Source of the DNA: Nitrosopumilus sp.
GTDB taxonomy: Archaea > Thermoproteota > Nitrososphaeria > Nitrososphaerales > Nitrosopumilaceae
Assembly (NCBI GenBank): GCA_965219345.1
Contig: OZ244732.1
Coordinates: forward strand, 1,344,001-1,408,000
Length of the DNA stretch: 64,000 nt
Direction: 5' to 3'
Shown here in pieces: positions 45,223 to 55,177 of the stretch (position 1 is the stretch's first letter; each line of letters begins with the position of its first letter). The translations under genes were made by a program, and so were the position numbers. Under the pieces are notes generated by a model, which saw nothing but the letters and a program-made list of their open reading frames with translations, was not told the DNA's origin and searched no databases.

Positions 45223-46352
45223 TTAGAACAACACCATGCTCTTAGCAAATAATGATTCTCCTGAAAGCCCATCAATAATCGTATAGTATGAGTGATGATG
45301 ACCATCCCATATTGCAACTTGGCATGTGCCAGAATAAATTTGATATACTGGATATCCGTTTAATATTAAAACAGAATCATATCTATCTTCTAATCCTTTT
45401 TTATATTTTACATCACAATCTTTGCCTGTAAGTTCATCAATTGAAGAAATATATTTTATAGCATTTTCTCTTGATTTATTAAAATCATACAAGTCAAGAT
45501 CTGAAATATCAGTATTCCAGTTACCAATGTGGAAAAATGTGTATCCTGCATCAAAAGTTGTTTTAATCTGATTTGTTTTTATTATGAAATATCTTTTAGT
45601 TGTGCTATCCAATAAGTGTATGATGATGTTTGTGCAGGTTCATGCTGAAACAGTTCAGTGCCATCAAGTACAATTCCTAAATTGTTTAATAAATTCAAAG
45701 TTACTTCTTCTGCCTTGTCAGGATGTATTCTGTCTTTTCCAAAGAAAGTGTATTTGATTGGAAAATCATAAGTATAGTTATCATATATTTTAATTGAACC
45801 TCTTTGCGTATCATATCTTATGCCATTAGGAAGAACTATTTTTTCCATTATCTCGTCATTATGTAGAGTTGCAAGATTTTGCGCAAAGTCATCTGAATTA
45901 TCTGTGGTAATTTTTAATATATAATCAAGTTCGAAATCATGTGGGATCAAGTCATCAATGTCAGAAGGGTTGAGGACTGGCTTTGTTTCTTCTTGTTGTG
46001 TTTGTAATGGGTCAGGTTCTTCAAATGGTTTTCGTTGTAGTTTATCAGGTTGTATAGTTTCTTGGGTTGTAGTAGATTCTAAAGTTTCTTTGACTTTAAT
46101 AGGTTCTACAAATACAACTTTTTCAAATCCTATACCTTCTAATCTCTCAACTGAATTCTCATTAACACAAGCTGGAGTTCCTCTGTTTGTCTCCATTAAT
46201 ACCTTAGAGTCTCTGCATTGAATTTCCTGTAATGGTGTACCGTTTTGGAATTGCTTGTGCGGTGATAAGATAGTCTCTGTTTCTGCAAATGCAGGTATTG
46301 TGAATAATCCGATTGCTAGAATTACTAATCCTAACATTGTTTTACCAATCAT
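45223..46352 (-). pseudogene. Secreted protein, paralog of 2714-3865, split by a frameshift near 45590
   Basis: ORFs 45582-46352 and 45223-45612 together match the 394-aa protein (HIGNW/HIRDW, GYPVYQIYSGTC/GTPIYSIYAGHC, IDGLSGE/INALTGE). Confidence 0.8.
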
Positions 46353-46998
46353 TAAAGTTTACAGAAAATGTATAATTATTAAGCATAGTTCAGGATATTG
46401 ATTTTTAGCAATCAGGATTAGCTGTCTAATTTTATTAAAATATGTGTAAAAGCGATAGTTTAGCACATATTCATAATATTAGAATCATAATATTAGAATC
46501 ATAATATCAAATATCAAGAAAACCCCAACCTCGCATGATTAATTTATCAGCAGAAGTTGGCTTTACACAAACTGTTTTACTTTTATCAGATCTCATAAGA
46601 GATACAAAATTAGATTTACAAGATGAACCTTCAACGTTAATTTTAGATATTGTTTTTTGATCTTCAAATTCCAACAGAGGTATAGTTAGATTATAATCAT
46701 GATTAAAAGCAGTATCACCTCCAACCGTATAAGCAACCACAAATTTTGAATATTGCGTATTTGCAGATAAATTAAATTCAAAAGTCTGATAGTTTGAATA
46801 TTGATGAGTTACTAGATCATCAATATTTTGATAAATTTCCAAGCCATTTAACAATATAAGAAAATCTTGTGTATTTTCTTTGGCTACTAAAGGTAATACA
46901 GTATAGGGAATATAATAGTGAAAACAGTGTCAGAAGTAACATTTTGTGTTTCTATTAAAAGTTCAGCTATCCTAAAACTACAGAATCTTTTAATTTCA
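46138..46998. repeat. About 860-bp direct repeat, copy B
   Basis: Matches 43757-44602; carries one extra 14-nt TCATAATATTAGAA unit. Confidence 0.9.
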
Positions 46999-47035
46999 TC
47001 GTGTCTTTTGGAATAGTTATTGTAAGGCTTCCAGA
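46507..47035 (-). pseudogene. Deleted and frameshifted second copy of the 44110-45222 gene
   Basis: C-terminal 115 aa near-identical; the SGSLTITIPK-coding segment at about 47007-47033 is joined directly to EIKRFC, i.e. an internal deletion. Confidence 0.8.
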
Positions 47036-47444
47036 CTATCCATTCCATTTCCAACAGGTGCTTTGTCTACTTCTGCTATTCTAAGATTAATTTGTAAAAT
47101 GTTTTCTTTAACCGAGTCTGATTCTTTTTTATCTTTCAAAATTTTGTCTAGTTTGTTGACAGCATTTTGATCTGCATTCAGGACTTTTTTCCCGGTTTAA
47201 AGTTTAATGTTGATTCATCTTTCCAAAATTTTGCATCTAGAGTTTTTTCAATCTGTTTAATTGTAGATTCAATGTTCTTTTTTGTTTTTTTATTAATATC
47301 TGGATTATTTTTTATGATTTCTAAATCTTCTAAAATATTTTCTTTTTCTAGCATTGGAGTCAAAGCAAAAATTTCTTGTGAATTAATTGAATATCCAAAT
47401 GTCAACAGTAGAATTGACATAAGAACTGCGGTATACTTTTTCAT
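47036..47444 (-). pseudogene. Secreted protein fragment, frameshifted and truncated
   Basis: Signal peptide; reading continues in another frame after an A-run (GKK / VLNADQNAVNKLDKILKD...). Confidence 0.65.
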
Positions 47445-47717
47445 TTACTTACTTTACTTGTAATATGATTCATTCTTTAATCATTGTAATTAGAAAATAT
47501 TACAATCTCTTTATGATTTCCCATTTTTGGAAAAATGGCTGTGACATGAATTCCACATTACTGTTCTTCAAACTCTATGTCATTTTGCAGTTCATCTGGT
47601 AGTCCTATCCACCACTGTTTGTTATTGTCAGACATTCTATCCAAAAAAGATCGAATGTTGCTAATAGATCTGTTGGTTAAATCTTCAAAGTAAATGTTCA
47701 ACAAAATGTGACAAAAT

Positions 47718-48218
47718 CTAATCTTTTGAATAACTAATATTTGATGTATCATCTGGAATTTTGATTTTTACAACAAGCGTATCTCCTAATTTGTTAAACA
47801 CTCTCTGGCGTTTTTCATTAGTTAAAATCCAGCCTAGAACTACGTCTATTGGTAGTAAAAATGCTTTTCCGAAACTACCAATTATGATTCCTTTCAAACT
47901 AGGATTACCTCCATAGGTATTAGTCACCTTCAAATTGAGAATTTTTTTCCCGATTGTTTGGCCTGTTTTATACTCTAAAATTGCCCAATATGCAAAAAAC
48001 AAGATACTTGTTGGAATGTATTGCGTACTTTCTGCCCAAAAAATATCTTCGTCATACTCATAGTCTAATGTTCCAAATGATGCAAAAATTATTGACGTTG
48101 AAATGATTGAAATTATGATAAAATCAATCAACCAAGCCAGGAATCTATCTGTCCATTTTGCAAGAATTATCTTTGATGATATTCCAGAGTCTGAATCACT
48201 CATGAGATTATCACTCAT
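47718..48218 (-). CDS. RDD family membrane protein
   Basis: RFLAWLID, GQTIGKKILNLKV and KRQR...GDTLVV motifs. Confidence 0.9.
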   Translation of the reverse strand: MSDNLMSDSDSGISSKIILAKWTDRFLAWLIDFIIISIISTSIIFASFGTLDYEYDEDIFWAESTQYIPTSILFFAYWAILEYKTGQTIGKKILNLKVTNTYGGNPSLKGIIIGSFGKAFLLPIDVVLGWILTNEKRQRVFNKLGDTLVVKIKIPDDTSNISYSKD

Positions 48219-48300
48219 TTAGAATTAATAAAATGTGTTATTCATTAGTTAACGCCAATTGCAACATAGTTGCTTTATCTATGTATGAGAATGAACATCT

Positions 48301-48432
48301 ATGAAAGCAAAATTTGCAACATCCTGTGTATCTTGCGGTGATAAGATTCAGCCTGGAAAAGAGATTACTAAAAATAATGATGAATACTGGGTTCATAAGC
48401 ACTGTGCTGAAGATTCAGAAGGATTACCCTAA
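48301..48432 (+). CDS. Small zinc-binding protein (CxxC...HxHC)
   Basis: Hand translation MKAKFATSCVSCGDKIQPGKEITKNNDEYWVHKHCAEDSEGLP*; paralog of 21432-21563. Confidence 0.7.
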   Translation: MKAKFATSCVSCGDKIQPGKEITKNNDEYWVHKHCAEDSEGLP

Positions 48433-48461
48433 AAATTATTAGTCTCTTATTTCAAATAAAT

Positions 48462-49307
48462 TTGAAATTATTTTTGGTCTCAATAAATCCACTTGATGTT
48501 TTTCTATGGACTCTTCGTCGAAATGAAAAAGATGTTGTAAATCTTTACAATACCCTATCTCCTGTAATGCAACTTGCAACTGGTGGTTCCATGTTAAATT
48601 TTGGATATTGGAATAATGAAAACTCTGATCCGATCTCTGCGCAAAAAAATTTATGTTCTTATTTTGCAAAAATGGCAGAACTAGAAACTGCTAAAACCAT
48701 TGTTGATGTTGGAAGTGGATTATCTGCACCAGCAGTTTTTTGGAGAAATAATTTTGAAAATCTGTCAATCTATTGTGTAAACATCAATTATTCTCAACTT
48801 CTTTATTCAGGTGCTCAAAAAAATATAGAATTCGTTAACTCATCTTCTACAAAACTACCTTTCTCTAACAATTCTGTTGACCGTGTTTTGGCATTAGAAT
48901 CAGCACAACATTTCAAACCTATTTCGGAATTCATCTCTGAATCAAAAAGAGTATTATCTAATTCTGGATTACTTGTTTTAGCAATTCCTGTTACTCTGAA
49001 TGCCTCTTCGATCTCAAAATTAGGAATTTTAAAATTTACTTGGTCATCAGAACATTATAGTTTAGAACAAATTCGTCAGGTGATAACTTTAGGTGGATTT
49101 ACGATTTCTGATGAAAAATTAATTGGTTCTTTTGTTTATGATCCTTTGGCTGATTACTATCTTCAAAAAAGAAAACAATTGAAAGAATTAATCTTACAAC
49201 AATATCCTCAATATGTTGAAACACTTCTTTTCAAATCTATTCAAAAAATGAAAAAAGCATCAAAAGAGAAAATAATTGATTATGTGTTATTAAAATGTCA
49301 TTTGTAG
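48462..49307 (+). CDS. Class I SAM-dependent methyltransferase
   Basis: LNFGYW, VDVGSG and LPF...VDRVLALESAQHF motifs. Confidence 0.9.
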   Translation: MKLFLVSINPLDVFLWTLRRNEKDVVNLYNTLSPVMQLATGGSMLNFGYWNNENSDPISAQKNLCSYFAKMAELETAKTIVDVGSGLSAPAVFWRNNFENLSIYCVNINYSQLLYSGAQKNIEFVNSSSTKLPFSNNSVDRVLALESAQHFKPISEFISESKRVLSNSGLLVLAIPVTLNASSISKLGILKFTWSSEHYSLEQIRQVITLGGFTISDEKLIGSFVYDPLADYYLQKRKQLKELILQQYPQYVETLLFKSIQKMKKASKEKIIDYVLLKCHL

Positions 49308-49351
49308 TGAAATTCTATGCGTTCATAGGCTAGGTTTTTATTTTTGGTATC

Positions 49352-49750
49352 TTGACTAAATTTATCATGTCAGATCCAGATATCGCTCTAAAATTGTATG
49401 TTGAAAAATGTAATCACTTACTTGAAGAATCTGAAATCAGATTTGCTGGAATTGTTGACAAGGATGGTAAACTCATAGCAGGAGGCTTTAAAGATGGAAT
49501 TACTCCTCATGAAAATGATCAGACTAAATTACAGTTATTTTTTGAATTTGTTTCAAAAGCATCTATTCGAAAAGAATTTGATGAGAGTTTAGGCCCAATT
49601 AATTATATTGCCGCCAGACGAGACAAGGCTGTTTTAGTAAGTTTCCCATTTCCTATCACGCAAATCCTATTACTGATATCTGCAGAACCTACTGTTAACA
49701 TTGAAATCTTGGCTAAGAAAGTTATTGAAATATTTACCGATGTCAATTAA
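49352..49750 (+). CDS. Roadblock/profilin-like small protein (DUF6659-like)
   Basis: IRFAGIVDKDGKLIAGG...RKEFDESLG...RRDKAVLVSFP; paralog of 53756-54148. Confidence 0.75.
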   Translation: MTKFIMSDPDIALKLYVEKCNHLLEESEIRFAGIVDKDGKLIAGGFKDGITPHENDQTKLQLFFEFVSKASIRKEFDESLGPINYIAARRDKAVLVSFPFPITQILLLISAEPTVNIEILAKKVIEIFTDVN

Positions 49751-49801
49751 AACTAATTTTTACAAATAGTTTTAATCTGATATCCATTCACATTAATTGA
49801 A

Positions 49802-50257
49802 TTGAAAGCAACATTTGGTGCAGGATGTTTTTGGCATGTTGAAGATTTACTTAGTAAAACCAAAGGTATCAAATCTACTCAAGTAGGATACATTGGTGGA
49901 AACCTGCCAAATCCTACTTATGAAGAGGTATGCACAGACAAAACAGGACATGCTGAAGCTGTACAGGTAGAATATGATCCTAATGAAATATCTTATGAAG
50001 ATCTTTTAGATGTATTTTGGAATAATCACAATCCAACAACGTTGAATCGTCAGGGACCTGATGTGGGAATTCAATATCGTTCGGCAATTTTTTACCACAA
50101 TGACGAACAAAAAGAAATTGCAGAAAAATCAAAGCAAATACTTGACAAATCTGGGCAATATGAAAATCCTGTAGTCACTGAAATTGTCCCTACCCCCATA
50201 TTTTACAAAGCAGAAGACTATCATCAAAAATATTTCAAAAAACACGGACTTTCATAA
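49802..50257 (+). CDS. msrA: Peptide-methionine (S)-S-oxide reductase
   Basis: GAGCFW, GHAEAVQV, QGPDVGIQYRSAIF and AEDYHQKY motifs. Confidence 0.96.
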   Translation: MKATFGAGCFWHVEDLLSKTKGIKSTQVGYIGGNLPNPTYEEVCTDKTGHAEAVQVEYDPNEISYEDLLDVFWNNHNPTTLNRQGPDVGIQYRSAIFYHNDEQKEIAEKSKQILDKSGQYENPVVTEIVPTPIFYKAEDYHQKYFKKHGLS

Positions 50258-50331
50258 ATATCATTTTAAACATTTGGTGATCTCAAAAAATCATATGTGC
50301 CTTTGATCGCTAATTTACTAAAACTTATCTA

Positions 50332-51147
50332 GTGATAAGAATTGACGATAAAACGGTGGAAGAAAAATTCCTTCATATTGATGGAAACAAGATCCGTTAT
50401 TTAGAATCTGGCGATTCTAAAAAAACGCTTGTACTTATTCATGGATTGGGGGCATCAGCTGAAAGATGGGATCAGGTAATTCCTCTTTTTTCAGATAAAT
50501 TTCGTGTTGTTGTTCCTGATCTTATAGGATTTGGTTATAGCGATAAACCTCTTGTAGATTACACTACAGAATTCTTTTCAGAGTTTCTAGAAAAATTTTT
50601 TATTGCTTCTGGAATTAAACGACCTAATCTTATTGGCTCTTCGTTAGGAGGACAAATTGTTGCTGAATATGCTACTTCTCACCATCAAGAAATTGAAAAA
50701 CTCATCTTGGTATCTCCTTCTGGAACTATGAAAAAATCCACCCCTGCCCTTGATGCATATATCATGGCCGCATTATATCCAAATGAAAAAAGTGCTAAAA
50801 ATGCATTTGAACTGATGGAAGGTTCTGGACATAATGTTCATGAAAAAATTGTTAATGGGTTCATAGAAAGAATGCGATTACCTAATGCAAAACTTGCTTT
50901 CATGTCTACATTATTAGGAATCAAAAATTCAGAGTTAGTTGTATCAAAACTTCAAACAATCTCTACTCCTACTATGATAATTTGGGGTTCTAATGATCTG
51001 GTTATTCCAATTAATTATGCCGATAGTTTTGTTTCGACAATTCAGGATTGTAGATTTTTTAGAATGGATGGATGCGGTCACACTCCCTATGTTCAGGATC
51101 CACATATTTTTGCCTCTAAAGTATTAGAGTTTTTGAATGGCCCCTAG
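50332..51147 (+). CDS. Alpha/beta-fold hydrolase
   Basis: HGLG, GFGYSD, GSSLGG nucleophile elbow, WGSND and GH motifs. Confidence 0.92.
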   Translation: MIRIDDKTVEEKFLHIDGNKIRYLESGDSKKTLVLIHGLGASAERWDQVIPLFSDKFRVVVPDLIGFGYSDKPLVDYTTEFFSEFLEKFFIASGIKRPNLIGSSLGGQIVAEYATSHHQEIEKLILVSPSGTMKKSTPALDAYIMAALYPNEKSAKNAFELMEGSGHNVHEKIVNGFIERMRLPNAKLAFMSTLLGIKNSELVVSKLQTISTPTMIIWGSNDLVIPINYADSFVSTIQDCRFFRMDGCGHTPYVQDPHIFASKVLEFLNGP

Positions 51148-51183
51148 ATGCATTTAAATACCCCTTAATTCCATCTATTACCA

Positions 51184-51609
51184 ATGAATGGTAATAGTAA
51201 CCAATATGACCCAACCAAAATGTTCCAAGAATGGATCCAAAAAGGTGGACGTGCTCAAGCAGAATTTATGAAAAATTTTGGCTCTTTGATGACAAATCAA
51301 ACCAGTCAAACGTTCAATCCATTGGAAGCACTAAGAGGTGTTTCTGATAGTGCTAGACAAGCTCAATCTAATGTGATGCAAAACATGTCATCAATGCAAA
51401 GTAAAAGTATGGATACAATGTTTAACATCGGACAAATGCTCCCTTCTTTCATGAATTGGGGTGCTTACAAAACTACTATTAGTAGTAATGGAAGAATTTC
51501 AATCCCTGAAGCTGAACGTAATGCACTTGGTTTAGGAGATGGTGACTTGATTCAAGTCATTATATTACCAATTGCAAAAAATTCAAAAAATAAGGAGGTG
51601 AAACAATGA
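51184..51609 (+). CDS. AbrB-domain protein, PhaR-like PHA granule regulator
   Basis: Gln/Met-rich N-terminus; C-terminal TISSNGRISIPEAERNALGLGDGDLIQV; overlaps the phasin start. Confidence 0.75.
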   Translation: MNGNSNQYDPTKMFQEWIQKGGRAQAEFMKNFGSLMTNQTSQTFNPLEALRGVSDSARQAQSNVMQNMSSMQSKSMDTMFNIGQMLPSFMNWGAYKTTISSNGRISIPEAERNALGLGDGDLIQVIILPIAKNSKNKEVKQ

Positions 51610-52031
51610 GTAACGAAACAACAACAAAGAATTCTAAAGATGTATTTTCTGTATATCAGACAAACGTAGACAAACTCTTCAATGGTATTAAACAATCAGT
51701 ACCACAGTATCATCAATCAATCACTAATGTACAACAGGAATACCTACAAGCATATGAAAACATAGTAGATTCAACTATCACACTACAAAAAGAATATGCA
51801 AAGAAAGCAGGTATTGCAACTAACATCCCTGAAGCAACACTAAAAGTAATTCGTGATACAACTGAAGAATTTGTAAAGGCAGCTTCAATTCAAAATCAAG
51901 TAGCACTTGCAACTATCGATGCAACACAACAAAATATCAAAACATTCAACGATAATGCAAAGTCATTTGCTGACCTAAACAGAAACATTCTACAATCTTG
52001 GATTTCTGCATTCACCACAAAGAATAACTAG
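51606..52031 (+). CDS. phaP: Phasin-like granule-associated protein
   Basis: Amphipathic helical Q/N/T/A-rich sequence adjacent to phaCE. Confidence 0.65.
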   Translation: MSNETTTKNSKDVFSVYQTNVDKLFNGIKQSVPQYHQSITNVQQEYLQAYENIVDSTITLQKEYAKKAGIATNIPEATLKVIRDTTEEFVKAASIQNQVALATIDATQQNIKTFNDNAKSFADLNRNILQSWISAFTTKNN

Positions 52032-52037
52032 TGGTAA

Positions 52038-52071
52038 ATTTTTTTCTTTTTTCTTTTTTTAAATTTATTTT
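52038..52071 (+). terminator. Oligo-T archaeal terminator after the phasin gene
   Basis: Three consecutive T-runs separated by single C residues between convergent genes. Confidence 0.55.
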
Positions 52072-53134
52072 ATGACCTTTCAGCCAACCATTGCCCCAAT
52101 TCAGGTAACACCTTCTTTTGTGATAATGAACTTGCAATCATTCCAACATGCCCTGTTGGATACATTCTCAATGTTTTATCTTCAGTGCCTACTGCATAAT
52201 GAAGTGGCATACTACATTCAGGCGATACCAAGTGATCTCCTACTGCTACCTGTGTGAAAATCGGCATATCGATTTTTTTCAAATCTATGTGTTTTCCACC
52301 CACGTACATCTTATTTTGAATGAGCAAATTATCTTGGTAGATATCTTTAATCCATTGTCTAAATAATGCTCCAGGAATGGGAGGTGTATCTCCTAACCAT
52401 TTTTCTACTCTGAGGAAATTATCGACGTATTTTTTATTGTCAACGTTTTTGAAAAATTTGACATATTTTTCAATTCCTTGTTCAAATGGTTTGAGGACTG
52501 AAAAACAGTAATACATGAATTCAGGAGGCATATTTCCTATGGTTTCCACCATTTTGTCTACATCCATATGTTTTGCAAGATTACTAATCACTGTAGTGTC
52601 TCGCCATCCATCAATAACTGGGGCCGTTGCGATATAGTTTTTTACACTTTCTGGATGCAATGTGATGTATGCTGTTGCTATTGTTCCACCAGTACAATAC
52701 CCTTGTAATGAAATTTTTTCAACAGATGATTCGTTTTTAATATATTCGACATTTGAGTCTAAATACCCATTTACATAATCATCGAAATCAAGATATTTAT
52801 CCATACTAGTTGGGGTTCCCCAGTCCAGCATGTATACATCGAATCCTTGTTGAAGAAGATTTTTAACCCAACTTTTTTCTGGATGGATATCCAGTATATG
52901 ATATCTGTTAATTAGTGCATACGAAATTAACAATGGTGTTTTATGTTGTTTATCTGTAAGGGGTTTGTAGTGTAATAGTCTTGTTTTATCTAATTCTTGC
53001 ACAATGTCATGCGATGTTACTTCTAAACTAATTTCATCAGGTGCTGGAACTAAACTTGGAGCATCGATAACATTTTTACTGAATTTTAAAATCTCTTCAA
53101 TTATTTTTGGATCTACACTTGATTCACTTTGCAT
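52070..53134 (-). CDS. phaC: Class III PHA synthase subunit PhaC
   Basis: PLLISYALINR, DVYMLDWG, lipase-like box GYCTGG, DHLV and GHVG motifs. Confidence 0.95.
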   Translation of the reverse strand: MQSESSVDPKIIEEILKFSKNVIDAPSLVPAPDEISLEVTSHDIVQELDKTRLLHYKPLTDKQHKTPLLISYALINRYHILDIHPEKSWVKNLLQQGFDVYMLDWGTPTSMDKYLDFDDYVNGYLDSNVEYIKNESSVEKISLQGYCTGGTIATAYITLHPESVKNYIATAPVIDGWRDTTVISNLAKHMDVDKMVETIGNMPPEFMYYCFSVLKPFEQGIEKYVKFFKNVDNKKYVDNFLRVEKWLGDTPPIPGALFRQWIKDIYQDNLLIQNKMYVGGKHIDLKKIDMPIFTQVAVGDHLVSPECSMPLHYAVGTEDKTLRMYPTGHVGMIASSLSQKKVLPELGQWLAERS

Positions 53135-53702
53135 TTTTTTTCGTTTCCTTCTTCTTTAATTCTAACTCTAGTTTTCCAACTCTTTTTTTAAGAGAATGGA
53201 TTTCTTTGTAAACTTCATCGATCTCTTCTTTGCTTGGAAGGTTAACTGACTGTAAAATTACGTTAGTAATATTATTCCAATGTTTGGTTAATTCAAGCTC
53301 TTTTGAAACCAGTTTTCCATAATTGTCTCCAAATTTCCCAGAGTCAAATAATTCGGTAAAATCATTATCAAAAATATCTATCCAAATTCTCTTCAATGCT
53401 TCTATTTGTTCAACATCTTGAGGAACCTCGGGAGCCTTTAGATTAACTTTCTTTTGAGCAGTGGACCATGTATCTGAAAGCTGTTTGTAATATTCCGTAA
53501 TATACTGATTAAATTCTAATAAAATCTCATTAATGTCAATTAATTCAGTAGTGATTTTCTTTGAATTTGCTGCAAATGCTCTCATTGGACCAATTGATGT
53601 CAGTGCTTGTGGTTTGCTTGACATCAAATGTATGATATCTGTCCAGAAAAGCGACAAATGTTTGTAATAATCGGTAATATCTTTAGGAGATTCTGGTTTC
53701 AC
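53124..53702 (-). CDS. phaE: Class III PHA synthase subunit PhaE
   Basis: IWID and NLPSKEEIDEVYKEIHSLKKRV; overlaps phaC. Confidence 0.9.
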   Translation of the reverse strand: MKPESPKDITDYYKHLSLFWTDIIHLMSSKPQALTSIGPMRAFAANSKKITTELIDINEILLEFNQYITEYYKQLSDTWSTAQKKVNLKAPEVPQDVEQIEALKRIWIDIFDNDFTELFDSGKFGDNYGKLVSKELELTKHWNNITNVILQSVNLPSKEEIDEVYKEIHSLKKRVGKLELELKKKETKKNAK

Positions 53703-53755
53703 AGATATCTGTTGATACAGATCGCAATAAATAGATCTATTATCTCATTAGACCC

Positions 53756-54148
53756 GTGGACAATGTCGAAGAACTAGAAAAAATCTGTCAGGAAATCATC
53801 AAATTGAATTCTAAAATGCGTTCGGCTAGGTTCATCAACAGTAGAGGCCATCAAGTAGCTGGTGGGATGAAAGATGGATTACTCTCACTTGAAGCTCAAA
53901 AGCAAGATGAAATGATGTTCATGGAACTTTCTTTGCGTGTGAGAATGAGACATGAATTTGATAAAGAATTTGGTAAAGTTCACTTTTCTATGTCATATCG
54001 AGATAAGGTGATTATAATGAGTTTTCCGTTAACCAATGATGACGTATTGTTGATATCATGTGAAAAAGATATTGAATTTGGAAAAATTTCTTTCATAATT
54101 CTCAAAATAATTGAACCTCTTAAAAAAACACCAGTGAAGACATTCTAA
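53756..54148 (+). CDS. Roadblock/profilin-like small protein (DUF6659-like)
   Basis: MRSARFINSRGHQVAGG...RHEFDKEFG...YRDKVIIMSFP. Confidence 0.75.
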   Translation: MDNVEELEKICQEIIKLNSKMRSARFINSRGHQVAGGMKDGLLSLEAQKQDEMMFMELSLRVRMRHEFDKEFGKVHFSMSYRDKVIIMSFPLTNDDVLLISCEKDIEFGKISFIILKIIEPLKKTPVKTF

Positions 54149-55056
54149 TTATTTAACATTTTTCTCAATCCTGCACATCTGTTTCTTATAGTTACTTCAG
54201 TGACTCCAGATGCAATTGAAATATCTTTTTGTGATTTTGTTTCTCCTGTAGTAATACATGCAAGATAAAGTGCAGCAGCTGCTATTCCCATTGGGTCCTT
54301 TCCTGCAGTTATGTGTTCTTTCTTGGCTTCATTTAAAATTGAAATTGCTTTTCTCTTAGTTTTTTCACTAAGTTCTGCAATACTAGAAATCCTTGAAACT
54401 CCTTTTACAGGATCAACAACTGGCATTTTTAACTCTAATTCTCTGTAAATTAATCTGTAACATCTGGCAACATCTTTTCTTCTAATATTAATTCCTTTAG
54501 CAATGTCATCTAAAGTTCTGGGAGTCTCTGTATTTCTACATGATGCATAAAGACATGCTGCAACTAATCCATGGATTGAACGACCCCTAACTAATTTTTT
54601 TTCCATTGCCTTTCTGTAAATATAAGCAGCTTTTTCTATTACTGCATTTGTTAATGCAAGTTTGTCTTTTAGTTTATCCATTTCATTAAGAGCTTGTCTG
54701 AGATTTCTGTCTGCAGAAGAATGTGCTTGTGATCTACTATCCCATGTTCTTAATCTTTCAATAGAACTTTTCATAGAAGAAGTAAGTGGTTTTCCTGTTG
54801 CATCTTTGTTGACTGCCCCAATTACAGTTGATAAACCCATATCATGCATTGTTAGTGAAGTTCCTGCCCCTACTCTGGTTCGATTACTCTCGTCATTTGC
54901 AAAAGATCGATATTCCGCACCAGTGTCTGCAATTTTATCTGTCATTACAAGTCCACATTTTTCACAAAATAATTCTCCCGTATTTTGATCTGTAATTAAT
55001 TTTTTACAACCGCAAGATGGACATTTAGAACCGGTGATGATTGTGTTTTTTAACAT
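54145..55056 (-). CDS. tfb: Transcription initiation factor IIB (TFB)
   Basis: Zn ribbon, EYRSF B-reader, RGRS, GKDP and VTEVTIRNR motifs. Confidence 0.96.
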   Translation of the reverse strand: MLKNTIITGSKCPSCGCKKLITDQNTGELFCEKCGLVMTDKIADTGAEYRSFANDESNRTRVGAGTSLTMHDMGLSTVIGAVNKDATGKPLTSSMKSSIERLRTWDSRSQAHSSADRNLRQALNEMDKLKDKLALTNAVIEKAAYIYRKAMEKKLVRGRSIHGLVAACLYASCRNTETPRTLDDIAKGINIRRKDVARCYRLIYRELELKMPVVDPVKGVSRISSIAELSEKTKRKAISILNEAKKEHITAGKDPMGIAAAALYLACITTGETKSQKDISIASGVTEVTIRNRCAGLRKMLNN

Positions 55057-55177
55057 AGTTACTAGAAATGACTACATTTTACTATTATCAGTTCTACGTG
55101 ATTTCTGCAGGTTAATTGTGTGTAGGTTAAGCTAATTCTATTCTTGTTTTTTAGAACATGACCAAGTTTTTTCAAAT

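Noticed and set aside
43757-46998. Diversity-generating retroelement template/variable repeat pair
   Set aside because: Differences between the copies involve all bases and include indels rather than adenine-specific changes; no reverse transcriptase in the window.
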